A model generated the notes under the pieces. The model saw nothing but the letters and a program-made list of their open reading frames with translations, had not been told where the DNA came from and did no database searches. A program made the translations under genes and the position numbers. A stretch of DNA of 64,000 bases from positions 1,649,149 to 1,713,148 of the forward strand of contig OZ242170.1 in the NCBI GenBank assembly GCA_965205545.1, read 5' to 3'. Position 1 is the stretch's first letter. Each line of letters begins with the position of its first letter. Origin of the DNA: Candidatus Azotimanducaceae bacterium (GTDB lineage Bacteria > Pseudomonadota > Gammaproteobacteria > Pseudomonadales > Azotimanducaceae). Below are positions 26,900 through 35,059 of the stretch, piece by piece.

Positions 26900-27727
26900 T
26901 CAATCGGACCCGTCGGATCCTCCTGAATTCGTTCCGCTGCCAAGACTACTGGTGCTAAGGCCTGCATTTCTCCCTTGGCTGCTCGACGAGATCGCTATGA
27001 CGCCCCCGGCATCCGGCGACGTGACATTGATAGCTGTCGTGTCAATTCCCGTTCCAAAAGGGCCCGAAGTCTCGTCGAAGGCCGTGCTCATCCAATCTTG
27101 GAACAAGGCATCGCGCAACGCAAATTCCTTCTTGAAATTGCAGGTGAGCTTTGAAATGTGCGTCCCGGCTACACGGGTGTGAATGCAACTTACTCCAGTA
27201 GCATCAGGACCGTACCTCTCCACAAAGGCAGCGACTACTTCCTTGACCTTCGGCTGAAGTCGCTCTGGTATTTTGCGCATGATTCTTTTGAAGTAGTTTT
27301 TGATCTGAGGATCCGAACGAGGTTCGGCAGCGACACCTAGCCATCCGATGCCGGTGGGAAAGCTCTTCTCTACTTCTCCTAATCCATTGAGGTAGATGTA
27401 GCCAACTCGAGCTTGCGCCATCTTGAAGCCTCTCTTGGCGGAGGCGAGTAGATAAGGGAATGCCTTCTTGTATTGCCGGGTCATGTAGTAGTACTCGCCA
27501 GTACGGTTCACCTCGTGAAAGTCGTCGAATTGAAATGCGTGCAGCACATCGTCCTGAATCCCAGTGACCACCATCTCCTCCAGACTGGCGTCTTCAGACG
27601 ATTCTTGCGCGGTCTCTATAGCATCGAACTCAGTTTCTTGGGCGAAGGTCGCTGCAAAGCAGAGGAGAGAGGCAAACGTGGTTACAAAACACAACGGTCT
27701 TATATACCGATAGCCAACGTGATTCAT
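26900..27727 (-). CDS. Secreted Sel1-like repeat protein, paralog 1 of 3
   Basis: It has a signal peptide ending AATFAQE, an acidic linker, and EEMVVTG. The Sel1-like unit is KKAFPYLLASAKRGFKMAQARVGYIYLNGLGEVEKSFPTGIGWLGVAA. A conserved Cys pair (GVSCIH...LTCNF) and a G/S-rich tail follow. Confidence 0.75.
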   Translation of the reverse strand: MNHVGYRYIRPLCFVTTFASLLCFAATFAQETEFDAIETAQESSEDASLEEMVVTGIQDDVLHAFQFDDFHEVNRTGEYYYMTRQYKKAFPYLLASAKRGFKMAQARVGYIYLNGLGEVEKSFPTGIGWLGVAAEPRSDPQIKNYFKRIMRKIPERLQPKVKEVVAAFVERYGPDATGVSCIHTRVAGTHISKLTCNFKKEFALRDALFQDWMSTAFDETSGPFGTGIDTTAINVTSPDAGGVIAISSSSQGRNAGLSTSSLGSGTNSGGSDGSD

Positions 27728-27890
27728 CTCAATATCGCACCCGAAGAGTGTTCGCGCTTGATTCTATATTGAAATTGTGTTCTTTCTTCGCTAGTGAACA
27801 GGCGTCAGGTCACTGCAATAAGTAAACGCATTCTAGATGGGCGACCTGGGCAAATGCCTGTGCTTCAGATCAGTCTTCCCGCGCCGGAGC

Positions 27891-28613
27891 TCATCCTCCT
27901 GCGCTTTGTGTAGACATCGAGTCCGCACCAGCGCCAGGCCCCGTTCCGTAAGGTGTTAGAGCTTGGTCAAAACCGGTGCTTAGCCAATCCTGGAACAAAG
28001 CATCACGATTCTCGAACTCTCCTTCGAAATTACACTTCAAGTCAGAGACATGTGTACCGGCCCTTCGCACATGATCGCAGCTCATTCCCGTGGCTTTTGT
28101 TCCGTACTTGTCTATGAATGACTGAACGACTTGCTCAATCTTGGGTTTAAGATGTTCAGGAATCGTCTTCAATAGATCCTTGTAGTAATTCTTGATTTCG
28201 GGATCCGACTTCGGCGACGCCGCAACTCCCAACCATCCAATAGCCGTGGCTTTGCTGGGCTTTATCGCACCTTGTCCCGTCAGATAGATATAGCCGACCT
28301 GAGCTTGCGCGACTTTGAACCCACGTTTTGCCGATGCGAGCAAATAGGGGAATGCGTCTTTGTATCGACCTATTCGGTAGTAGTACTCACCTCTGTCGTT
28401 GACTCGATGGAAGTCATTGAAGGTAAAGGCATTTTCGATAACGTTTCTGACTTCCGTAACGACCATCTCCTCCATTGTCGTGCTCTCGTACTCAGCAGCT
28501 TCCTCGTTTTTGCCTGAAGAATCGTCTGGCGACTCTTCCCCAAAAATTTGGCTTGACCCATGAGGAGCTAGCCACAGTAGAAGCGATATGAGCAATATTG
28601 AAGGGCGAGTCAT
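27891..28613 (-). CDS. Secreted Sel1-like repeat protein, paralog 2 of 3
   Basis: The start is taken at MTRPSILLISLLLWLAPHGSSQ (28613; the ORF maximum is 28670). It shows the same block order as paralog 1: MEEMVVTE, DAFPYLLASAKRGFKVAQAQVGYIYLTGQG, IGWLGVAA, and GMSCDH...LKCNF. Confidence 0.75.
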   Translation of the reverse strand: MTRPSILLISLLLWLAPHGSSQIFGEESPDDSSGKNEEAAEYESTTMEEMVVTEVRNVIENAFTFNDFHRVNDRGEYYYRIGRYKDAFPYLLASAKRGFKVAQAQVGYIYLTGQGAIKPSKATAIGWLGVAASPKSDPEIKNYYKDLLKTIPEHLKPKIEQVVQSFIDKYGTKATGMSCDHVRRAGTHVSDLKCNFEGEFENRDALFQDWLSTGFDQALTPYGTGPGAGADSMSTQSAGG

Positions 28614-28771
28614 TGGCGTCCTATGCTTTGGAGAATGGCAGGTTTGGCACTGAAGGAGTCCAAGCGTCAAAATGCATTCGATTTTGTCTTCTAATCTCTA
28701 CGAAAGTTCTAGCGAAACCTGTTTGCTGCAACGCCGACTTGAGCGGGCAGGTCAGATTGCGGGCTGCTCGA

Positions 28772-29533
28772 TCAGTTGCCGCTCGGTGTGGACGAACCAG
28801 TCAAGTCTCCAGTTGGGCCAGTCGGTATTGCACCTGTACTATTTCCTTCCAACAAGCTATTCACATCCTGCAATGCAAACTCGGCCTTGAAGTTGCATGC
28901 CATGCGTGCTATATGGGATCCTGCAGGACGAGACATGATGCACTCCATGCCTGTAGCGTCGGGTCCATAGCGCTTCACATACTCGGCAACAACCGCGTCG
29001 ACTGCAGGAAGCAACTCTTCGGGTATCTTTCTCAACAACCTTCTGTAGTAGTTGCGGATGCTAGGATCGGTGTCCTTCGATGCCGCAACGCCAAGCCACC
29101 CCATCGCGCGCCAACCATCTCGCGGAACCTCCCCCAGCCCTTGCTGGTAGATGAAACCCAGACGAGCCTGCGCCATTTTGAATCCTTGCTTGGCAGAGGC
29201 AAGCAAGTAAGGAAAGGCCTTTTTGTATTGCCTGGTCCGATAGTAGTACTCGCCTCGATTGTGCACCATGTGGCGGTCTGCGAACGTCTGTAGATTGGGA
29301 AACTCCGGTTGCTGTCCCGTGACTATGATCTCTTCCATGATCTCGGTGGGTAGCGAAGGTGGCTGAACCTCCTCGCCACTTTCGGCAGTTATTGTTTCCT
29401 CAGAAAATTCCGCTTCCTGCAATTCGTTTGACTCGCCACCGTGCGTGGGGGAATCTCCAGTTAGCTGTGCGCTAGCGGCAAACGTATACAGCATCAAGAA
29501 TGGAATTGCGACTGCAAGACCTATCTTCGGCAT
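28772..29533 (-). CDS. Secreted Sel1-like repeat protein, paralog 3 of 3
   Basis: The start is taken at MPKIGLAVAIPFLMLYTFAASAQ (29533; the ORF maximum is 29701). It contains MEEIIVTG, KKAFPYLLASAKQGFKMAQARLGFIYQQGLG, MGWLGVAA, and GMECIM...MACNF. Confidence 0.75.
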   Translation of the reverse strand: MPKIGLAVAIPFLMLYTFAASAQLTGDSPTHGGESNELQEAEFSEETITAESGEEVQPPSLPTEIMEEIIVTGQQPEFPNLQTFADRHMVHNRGEYYYRTRQYKKAFPYLLASAKQGFKMAQARLGFIYQQGLGEVPRDGWRAMGWLGVAASKDTDPSIRNYYRRLLRKIPEELLPAVDAVVAEYVKRYGPDATGMECIMSRPAGSHIARMACNFKAEFALQDVNSLLEGNSTGAIPTGPTGDLTGSSTPSGN

Positions 29534-29808
29534 GGCACCAGTAATATCACTTGGCCGGATTTGCATTATCTGGCAATCAGTTTGTACTTTTTCAGTGACA
29601 ATTTTGCTCTCGTTGGATTTTCTATTGTATGTGCATTCACAATCGGGTAATGTGGGAAATTCAATGCGGCACAGTGTCATCCCATTGTGAATCAACGTCA
29701 TGGGCAGTTGAACTCGGATCTTGTCGCGGGAAGGACATACCTAGCCAAGCTCGAACTAAAGTCTAAAATTCGACACCAAAAACCAACGGTCACAATACCC
29801 ATTTCGAT

Positions 29809-30354
29809 ATGAACCAATTCATTGAGTTCGCGCCAGCAGCGGTATTTTTCGTAGTCTACTTCTTCGCTGGCATTTACTACGCCACTGCAGCGCTCATGGT
29901 CGCAGTGGCGTTGCAGTTTATTGTGTATTGGATCCTCAAATGGCCCATCACAAAAATGATGTGGTTGATTCTCGTCGTAGCCTTTATTTCGGGCACTCTG
30001 ACCATTGCATTGCAAAATCCGATATTCATCAAGTGGAAACCTACCGTTGTCTCTTGGATACTCAGCGCAATCTTGCTTACCAATCAGTTTCTCGGGCGGA
30101 AAAATGTATTGAAATGGCTAGTGGGAGATTACGTCAAGCTAACGGATAGTATTTGGAGACACCAAGCGCTTATCCTCGGGATAGGAATGTTCCTGTCCGG
30201 CTCCACGAATCTTTTCGTGGCATATACCTTTAGCGAAGCCATATGGGTTTCCTACCGCTTTGCTTCCATATTCATATGGCCTGTTTTGTTCGCCATAGCT
30301 ATGGCGATATATCTGGCAGTCCTGGGTAAATTCAAGGACATTGAATCGAGCTGA
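29809..30354 (+). CDS. yciB: Intracellular septation protein A (YciB/IspZ)
   Basis: 181 aa with five hydrophobic segments. The N-terminus MNQFIEFAPAAVFFVVYFF...IYYATAALMVA and the block IFIKWKPTVVSW are typical of YciB. Confidence 0.88.
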   Translation: MNQFIEFAPAAVFFVVYFFAGIYYATAALMVAVALQFIVYWILKWPITKMMWLILVVAFISGTLTIALQNPIFIKWKPTVVSWILSAILLTNQFLGRKNVLKWLVGDYVKLTDSIWRHQALILGIGMFLSGSTNLFVAYTFSEAIWVSYRFASIFIWPVLFAIAMAIYLAVLGKFKDIESS

Positions 30355-30367
30355 GGTTGGTGCGTCC

Positions 30368-30670
30368 ATGAGTAGCATGCTTTCCCGATCCCTTCGCGTG
30401 GCTACTCTGGCAATTGCAATATGCCTGTGCACGATTCCGGTGTTCGGCCAAATTGAAGAAGCGGACAACCAAACTGAACAGAAATACTCAGAAGCCGTTT
30501 CACTAAATGAACGTCTTAGAACAGAGCTCGCAAACCTGAATTCCGACTTCGACCGAGTGCGCGTAGCGCAACGCTGGGCTTTAGCTTTGGTGGGACTGGG
30601 GGCATTTGGTCTAGGATTTGTGCTGGGATATGTTGGACGGCATTCTAAAGATGCTGCAAAGCAGCCATGA
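30368..30670 (+). CDS. Small bitopic membrane protein (signal/anchor, coiled coil, C-terminal TM)
   Basis: The ATG at 30368 lies 11 nt after GAGG. The sequence has LRVATLAIAICLCTIPVFG, then a helical stretch ERLRTELANLNSDFDRVR, then WALALVGLGAFGLGFVLGYV. Its stop overlaps the pdxJ start (ATGA at 30667-30670). Confidence 0.5.
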   Translation: MSSMLSRSLRVATLAIAICLCTIPVFGQIEEADNQTEQKYSEAVSLNERLRTELANLNSDFDRVRVAQRWALALVGLGAFGLGFVLGYVGRHSKDAAKQP

Positions 30671-31461
30671 CGACGGCTCTGTCCGTAAACGTAAACAAGA
30701 TTGCGTGGCTGCGCAATGCACGAGAGGGAGACCGGCCCGACCTTATTCAATGTAGCCGGAAGATTATCCAAGCTGGCGCACAAGGAATCACGGTTCATCC
30801 TAGATCGGACCAGCGACACATCAGACCGGCCGACGTCTACGCGGTAAATGACCTAGTGCAAGAACTGAATGTGGAATACAACATTGAAGGCAATCCAAGC
30901 GTTGGACGGTTGTCCAACGGCTACCCCGGATTCCTTGAACTTGTAGAGGACACGTGTCCAACACAATGCACGCTTGTGCCGGACAACGCAAAGCAACTCA
31001 CGTCAGACCACGGTTGGGACCTGCAAGACAAGGTCAATTTTGAATGCGTCCGAACGTGTATTCGTCGCATTCACCAAATCGGTGCGCGAGTGAGCCTGTT
31101 CCTCGATCCGGAACCGCAAATGGTGGAACGGGCGAGCGACTGTGGAGCAGATCGCATTGAGCTATTTACAGGTCCCTGGTGCGATTTGGCGGCGCAAAGC
31201 GGGCTAACTAGCGACTTCACTCAACAGAGTCTTGCCCGGTATGTCGCTACCGCCAGTCGCGCCCGCGAGCTCGGATTGGAAGTCAATGCAGGTCACGATC
31301 TCGACCTAGAAAATGTCGGCCATTTCTGTTCCCAAATTCCAGTCGCGGAGGTTTCCATCGGCCACGCTCTAGTCTCCGACGCCCTCGAATTCGGATTGGA
31401 ACGCACCGTGCGGCTCTACCTATCAGCAATTCAAGGCAGCTCCAATACTCGCACCCCTTGA
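30667..31461 (+). CDS. pdxJ: Pyridoxine 5'-phosphate synthase
   Basis: LSVNVNKIAWLRNAR, GITVHPRSDQRHI, VNAGHDL and SIGHALVSDAL align with the E. coli PdxJ blocks LGVNIDHIATLRNARG, GITVHLREDRRHI, VNAGHGL and NIGHAII. Confidence 0.9.
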   Translation: MTTALSVNVNKIAWLRNAREGDRPDLIQCSRKIIQAGAQGITVHPRSDQRHIRPADVYAVNDLVQELNVEYNIEGNPSVGRLSNGYPGFLELVEDTCPTQCTLVPDNAKQLTSDHGWDLQDKVNFECVRTCIRRIHQIGARVSLFLDPEPQMVERASDCGADRIELFTGPWCDLAAQSGLTSDFTQQSLARYVATASRARELGLEVNAGHDLDLENVGHFCSQIPVAEVSIGHALVSDALEFGLERTVRLYLSAIQGSSNTRTP

Positions 31462-31528
31462 GGAATTCGACTTGCTTTGTAGCTGGTGTGCTTAAAATTT
31501 GTGCTTTCTGCTCAATCGAGAACTAACC

Positions 31529-32098
31529 ATGCGAAAGATTCGACTAGCCATAGCGGGGCTTGCCGCCCTCCCCCTTGCCCTGTTGGGGCAACTCAATGCA
31601 GGTGAATCAGAAGACCAAGTCACCCTCGAGGTTGGGGACGATGCGCCGGACTTCAGTCTGCCCGCGAGTGACGGCAAGGAGTACAAACTATCCGAAGTCC
31701 TGAAGGATGGACCTGTTGTACTTGCATGGTTCCCCAAGGCAGATACTCCGGGTTGCACCGCACAATGCAAATCCATAGCGAAGAATGGCGACATGATTCG
31801 CGAGTACAAGGTTTCATACTTCATGATCAGTGTCGACACCGTGGACGACAACACCAAATTCGCCGAAAAGTACTCTGCGGACTTCCCAATTCTTTCCGAC
31901 ACGACCAAGGAAGTTGCGAAAGAGTACGGCGTCCTGCGCACTATGGGTAGCTGGACAATTCCTGCCCGTGATACGTTCTATATTGGAACGGATGGCAAGA
32001 TTCTAAAGATCGAACGCAATGTGAAAGTTGATACTGCTGCGGAAGACATGGCTGCCAATCTAAAGGAACTCAACGTAGATCGTATCGAGTCTACGTAG
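31529..32098 (+). CDS. Secreted Bcp/PrxQ-type peroxiredoxin
   Basis: The start is at ATG 31529 (MRKIRLAIAGLAALPLALLGQLNAGE signal peptide). The active site is WFPKADTPGCTAQC. Confidence 0.85.
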   Translation: MRKIRLAIAGLAALPLALLGQLNAGESEDQVTLEVGDDAPDFSLPASDGKEYKLSEVLKDGPVVLAWFPKADTPGCTAQCKSIAKNGDMIREYKVSYFMISVDTVDDNTKFAEKYSADFPILSDTTKEVAKEYGVLRTMGSWTIPARDTFYIGTDGKILKIERNVKVDTAAEDMAANLKELNVDRIEST

Positions 32099-32168
32099 TC
32101 TGGCGCCTCCAAGAGTCGTGACCGGCTAGGCTTAAGGAGGTCACCAATTATCGCCGGCGAGTGTCGGG

Positions 32169-34283
32169 TTGACGAAGTACGTGCGCAGTCCCATCCAGTC
32201 TCTTGTTCAAGGAATCCTTGGACTTTCTTGGGTACTGGCTATGTGCTCGCTTACTCTAGAGGTGTGCGCGGATGACCAAGCGGATCCTCACTCGGACGCG
32301 AATGAGGAGGAGATTGAAGAGGTCGTTGTACGGGCCGACCCCGCTAGCTTAACCGCCCGTTCAAGTCAAGGAAGTGTGACTTCCGTCCGCGCTGCAGCTA
32401 TCTCGCTAATACGAGCGACTCATCCCAATGAAATACTGTCTCGTGTTCCTGGTGTCTGGGTGGTGCGTGGTTCGGGCCAGGAGCATCTAACTGGCATTAG
32501 GTCCGGAGTGCTAGCTGGAGCTGGCGCTTGCGGAGCATTCCTATTGCTCGAGGACAACATTCCAGTTCGGCCAGTAGGGTTCTGCAACGTTAATGGCTTG
32601 TTCGAGTTGAACACTGAACAAGCGGATGCGATCGAAGTACTGCGTGGTCCTGCAAGCTCAATTTTTGGAGGCAATGCGCTACATGGAGTCATCAATGTGC
32701 GCAGCTTCGTTGACACCAACACACCTAGTAGGTTGAGCGTTGATGCGGGTCCATACGACTTCCTGCAATTCCGCGTCGACTCTCGCAATAGAGATTCACG
32801 CTACAAAATGCACTCCACCAAGACCAATGGCTACCGCGAGTCCACTGGATACGCACAACACAAGGCAAATGTTCAGACAGCTGTTTCTTGGGGCAACTGG
32901 AAGTCCGCGCACACACTCTCAGCAACTTTGCTTGACCAGGAGACTGGAGGCTACGTAAACGGCTTCAAATCTTACGAAAACTCTCAGCTAAGAAGATCGA
33001 ATCCAAACCCCGAAGCATTTCGCGATGCAAAATCGGTGCGGGCGGCCAGTCACTGGATGGGCAAATACGCGGAAGGAAGTCTGTATATAAGCCCCTATGC
33101 TCGACGATCCACCATGAAATTTCTGCAGCACTTTCTGCCGGGTCAGCCTACCGAAAAGAACTCCCAGTCCAGTGTAGGTGTTGTTTCACAGTGGACGAAA
33201 ACCCATTCCCGACATTCCTTCACTTTGGGAACTCAAATAGAGTGGATGAATGCCCGTCTTCTTGAACAACAGATAAACGCCACAATTGGCTCACCTTTCC
33301 TGGTAGCTACCCGACCACAGGGAATTCACTACAACTTTGATGTCGCTTCAGCCACGTTCGCTGTGTTTGGGAATTCCATCGTTTCGCTCGGAAACGATGA
33401 ACTCAACTGCAGCCTACGATTAGAGCAGGTCAGGTACAACTACGACAATCTGCACCTCGACGGCAATACTCGGGACGATGGAACGCCTTGTGGATTTGGC
33501 GGATGTCTGTATACGCGGCCGGCAGACCGCAGCGACAGCTTCTATAACGGTGCAGTCCGGCTGGGCTACCGTCGATTTCTAGACGACCAAACCCGTATAT
33601 GGGGACTGGCAGGGTGGGGATACCGTCCACCACAGACAACCGAACTCTATCGATTGCAGAGCGGACAATCTGTGGCAGACTTGACGAGCGAAAGGCTTCG
33701 ATCGATGGAAGCAGGAGTGGAGGCCGTTCGCGACAACTTTGAAATCAGCATCGCTGCATATCGGGAGTCGAACAAAGACCTGATCTTTAGAGACGCCGAG
33801 GGTATGAATGTAAGCGACGGTGAAATCCTCGCTCAAGGTGTCGAGATTGAGTTCAACTGGAAAGCCACCACAATGCATAGTGTTGCACTGTCGGGCTCTA
33901 TAGCAAATCACGAATACAGATTCACCCGTACTGTTGCTAGAGGCGAACAGATCAATAAGGGAGCGGAAGTGGACTCGGCGCCTTCACTTCAAACCAGTGT
34001 CCGATGGATATTCCAGCCAATTCCCACGACTATGCTTGAGGTGGAATTTGTCCAAATTGGCCCGCACTATCTCAACGCGGCGAACACAGCAAAATACGGT
34101 GGACACACTCTAGCGCACATCCGAGCCAACTGGATTTTCGATGCGAATTGGCGCGGTTCGCTAAGGATTACGAATGCCTTGGACGCCAAGTACGCCGATC
34201 GCGCCGACTATGCGTTTGGCAACTACCGCTACTTTCCGGGTACTCCGCGGCAATTGTTTGCGGGAATCGAGTACGAGTGGTAG
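32169..34283 (+). CDS. TonB-dependent outer-membrane receptor
   Basis: 704 aa with a signal peptide and a TonB-box-like EEIEEVVVRA. Plug blocks are ILSRVPGVWV and IEVLRGPASSIFGGNALHGVINV. The C-terminus ends in FAGIEYEW with a terminal aromatic residue. The start is a TTG and is uncertain. Confidence 0.9.
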   Translation: MTKYVRSPIQSLVQGILGLSWVLAMCSLTLEVCADDQADPHSDANEEEIEEVVVRADPASLTARSSQGSVTSVRAAAISLIRATHPNEILSRVPGVWVVRGSGQEHLTGIRSGVLAGAGACGAFLLLEDNIPVRPVGFCNVNGLFELNTEQADAIEVLRGPASSIFGGNALHGVINVRSFVDTNTPSRLSVDAGPYDFLQFRVDSRNRDSRYKMHSTKTNGYRESTGYAQHKANVQTAVSWGNWKSAHTLSATLLDQETGGYVNGFKSYENSQLRRSNPNPEAFRDAKSVRAASHWMGKYAEGSLYISPYARRSTMKFLQHFLPGQPTEKNSQSSVGVVSQWTKTHSRHSFTLGTQIEWMNARLLEQQINATIGSPFLVATRPQGIHYNFDVASATFAVFGNSIVSLGNDELNCSLRLEQVRYNYDNLHLDGNTRDDGTPCGFGGCLYTRPADRSDSFYNGAVRLGYRRFLDDQTRIWGLAGWGYRPPQTTELYRLQSGQSVADLTSERLRSMEAGVEAVRDNFEISIAAYRESNKDLIFRDAEGMNVSDGEILAQGVEIEFNWKATTMHSVALSGSIANHEYRFTRTVARGEQINKGAEVDSAPSLQTSVRWIFQPIPTTMLEVEFVQIGPHYLNAANTAKYGGHTLAHIRANWIFDANWRGSLRITNALDAKYADRADYAFGNYRYFPGTPRQLFAGIEYEW

Positions 34284-34399
34284 ACCTTGAATCTACCCAC
34301 GGCCCACAGAACTGAATCTAACAGAAGTAGGGAACTATTCGCTCAGTAAATTGCTAATGCCGAGATGCTGTTGGACGCAAGACGACGCCGCACAGCTCA

Positions 34400-34720
34400 C
34401 TAATTTCCAGGAGCTCTATAGGAAACGTTCTTGCGTACCGCTTCGTCGATAGTCTCCGGAGAAACCAGCACCTTCATGGTTACATCCAGCGCGCCTGCGG
34501 CGCCAATGAACATCGAAAGCGCAACCGCTGAAGCCTCGTCGGGAAGGTCTACAACCATCAGCAAATCGACATCCCCAAATGCGTAATACATGGCGTCCAG
34601 CGAGCCACCCAGACCTTCAACCGTCTGCGTCAGTGCCGCTCTTCTGCCGCTGCCTCCTTCCTTGAGCAAGCCCTTTACTCCCGCTTGTGTATAGCTTGCC
34701 TGAAATAGGTACTTTGACAT
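34400..34720 (-). CDS. GYD domain protein
   Basis: 106 aa. MSKYLFQASYTQAGVKGLLKEGGSGRRAAL...GGSLDAMYYAFGDVDLLMVVDLPD matches the GYD family pattern. Confidence 0.8.
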   Translation of the reverse strand: MSKYLFQASYTQAGVKGLLKEGGSGRRAALTQTVEGLGGSLDAMYYAFGDVDLLMVVDLPDEASAVALSMFIGAAGALDVTMKVLVSPETIDEAVRKNVSYRAPGN

Positions 34721-35059
34721 GTCAATTCCAACCAGAAGTTTGCAAGAGTATAAGACACGACAGTTGATTTGAGGTAAATCGTCTGAGGCTCAAAACAAAT
34801 ATCGGATGCAGGGTCCCTCGAGTGGGTACACTAGCGGACTTGCAAAAGAGCCAATTTCATTGTTTGCACAAGAGTATGCGAAGGCGATGCAATCGAATTC
34901 GCATGGACCCTCGACAGAGTGCGCAATGGTTCTATGTGCACTAATACGCAGAAGGAACAAAGCTCGCTTACTAGCTACAAAGATCATCCGTTCATTGAAT
35001 TGGCACGAGAATTGCAAGTCGTTGAATAGACTGGGATATTCGCACGGGAGGCATGGCAA

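Larger units (their letters stand above)
26900..29701 (-). repeat. Tandem array of three paralogous Sel1-like genes
   Basis: Three same-strand genes of 240-275 aa share collinear conserved blocks and are separated by spacers of about 100-160 bp. Confidence 0.8.

Noticed and set aside
28598-29293. A 231-aa plus-strand ORF spanning two of the Sel1-like genes.
   Set aside because: It is antisense to two well-supported, mutually homologous minus-strand genes and crosses their intergenic spacer. It has an odd Cys/Arg-rich composition, no motifs and no RBS, so it is most likely a shadow ORF.
30139-30819. A 226-aa minus-strand ORF across yciB, the small ORF and pdxJ.
   Set aside because: It spans three plus-strand genes, including two with clear family signatures. 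The product is Arg/Ser-rich and has no recognisable domain.
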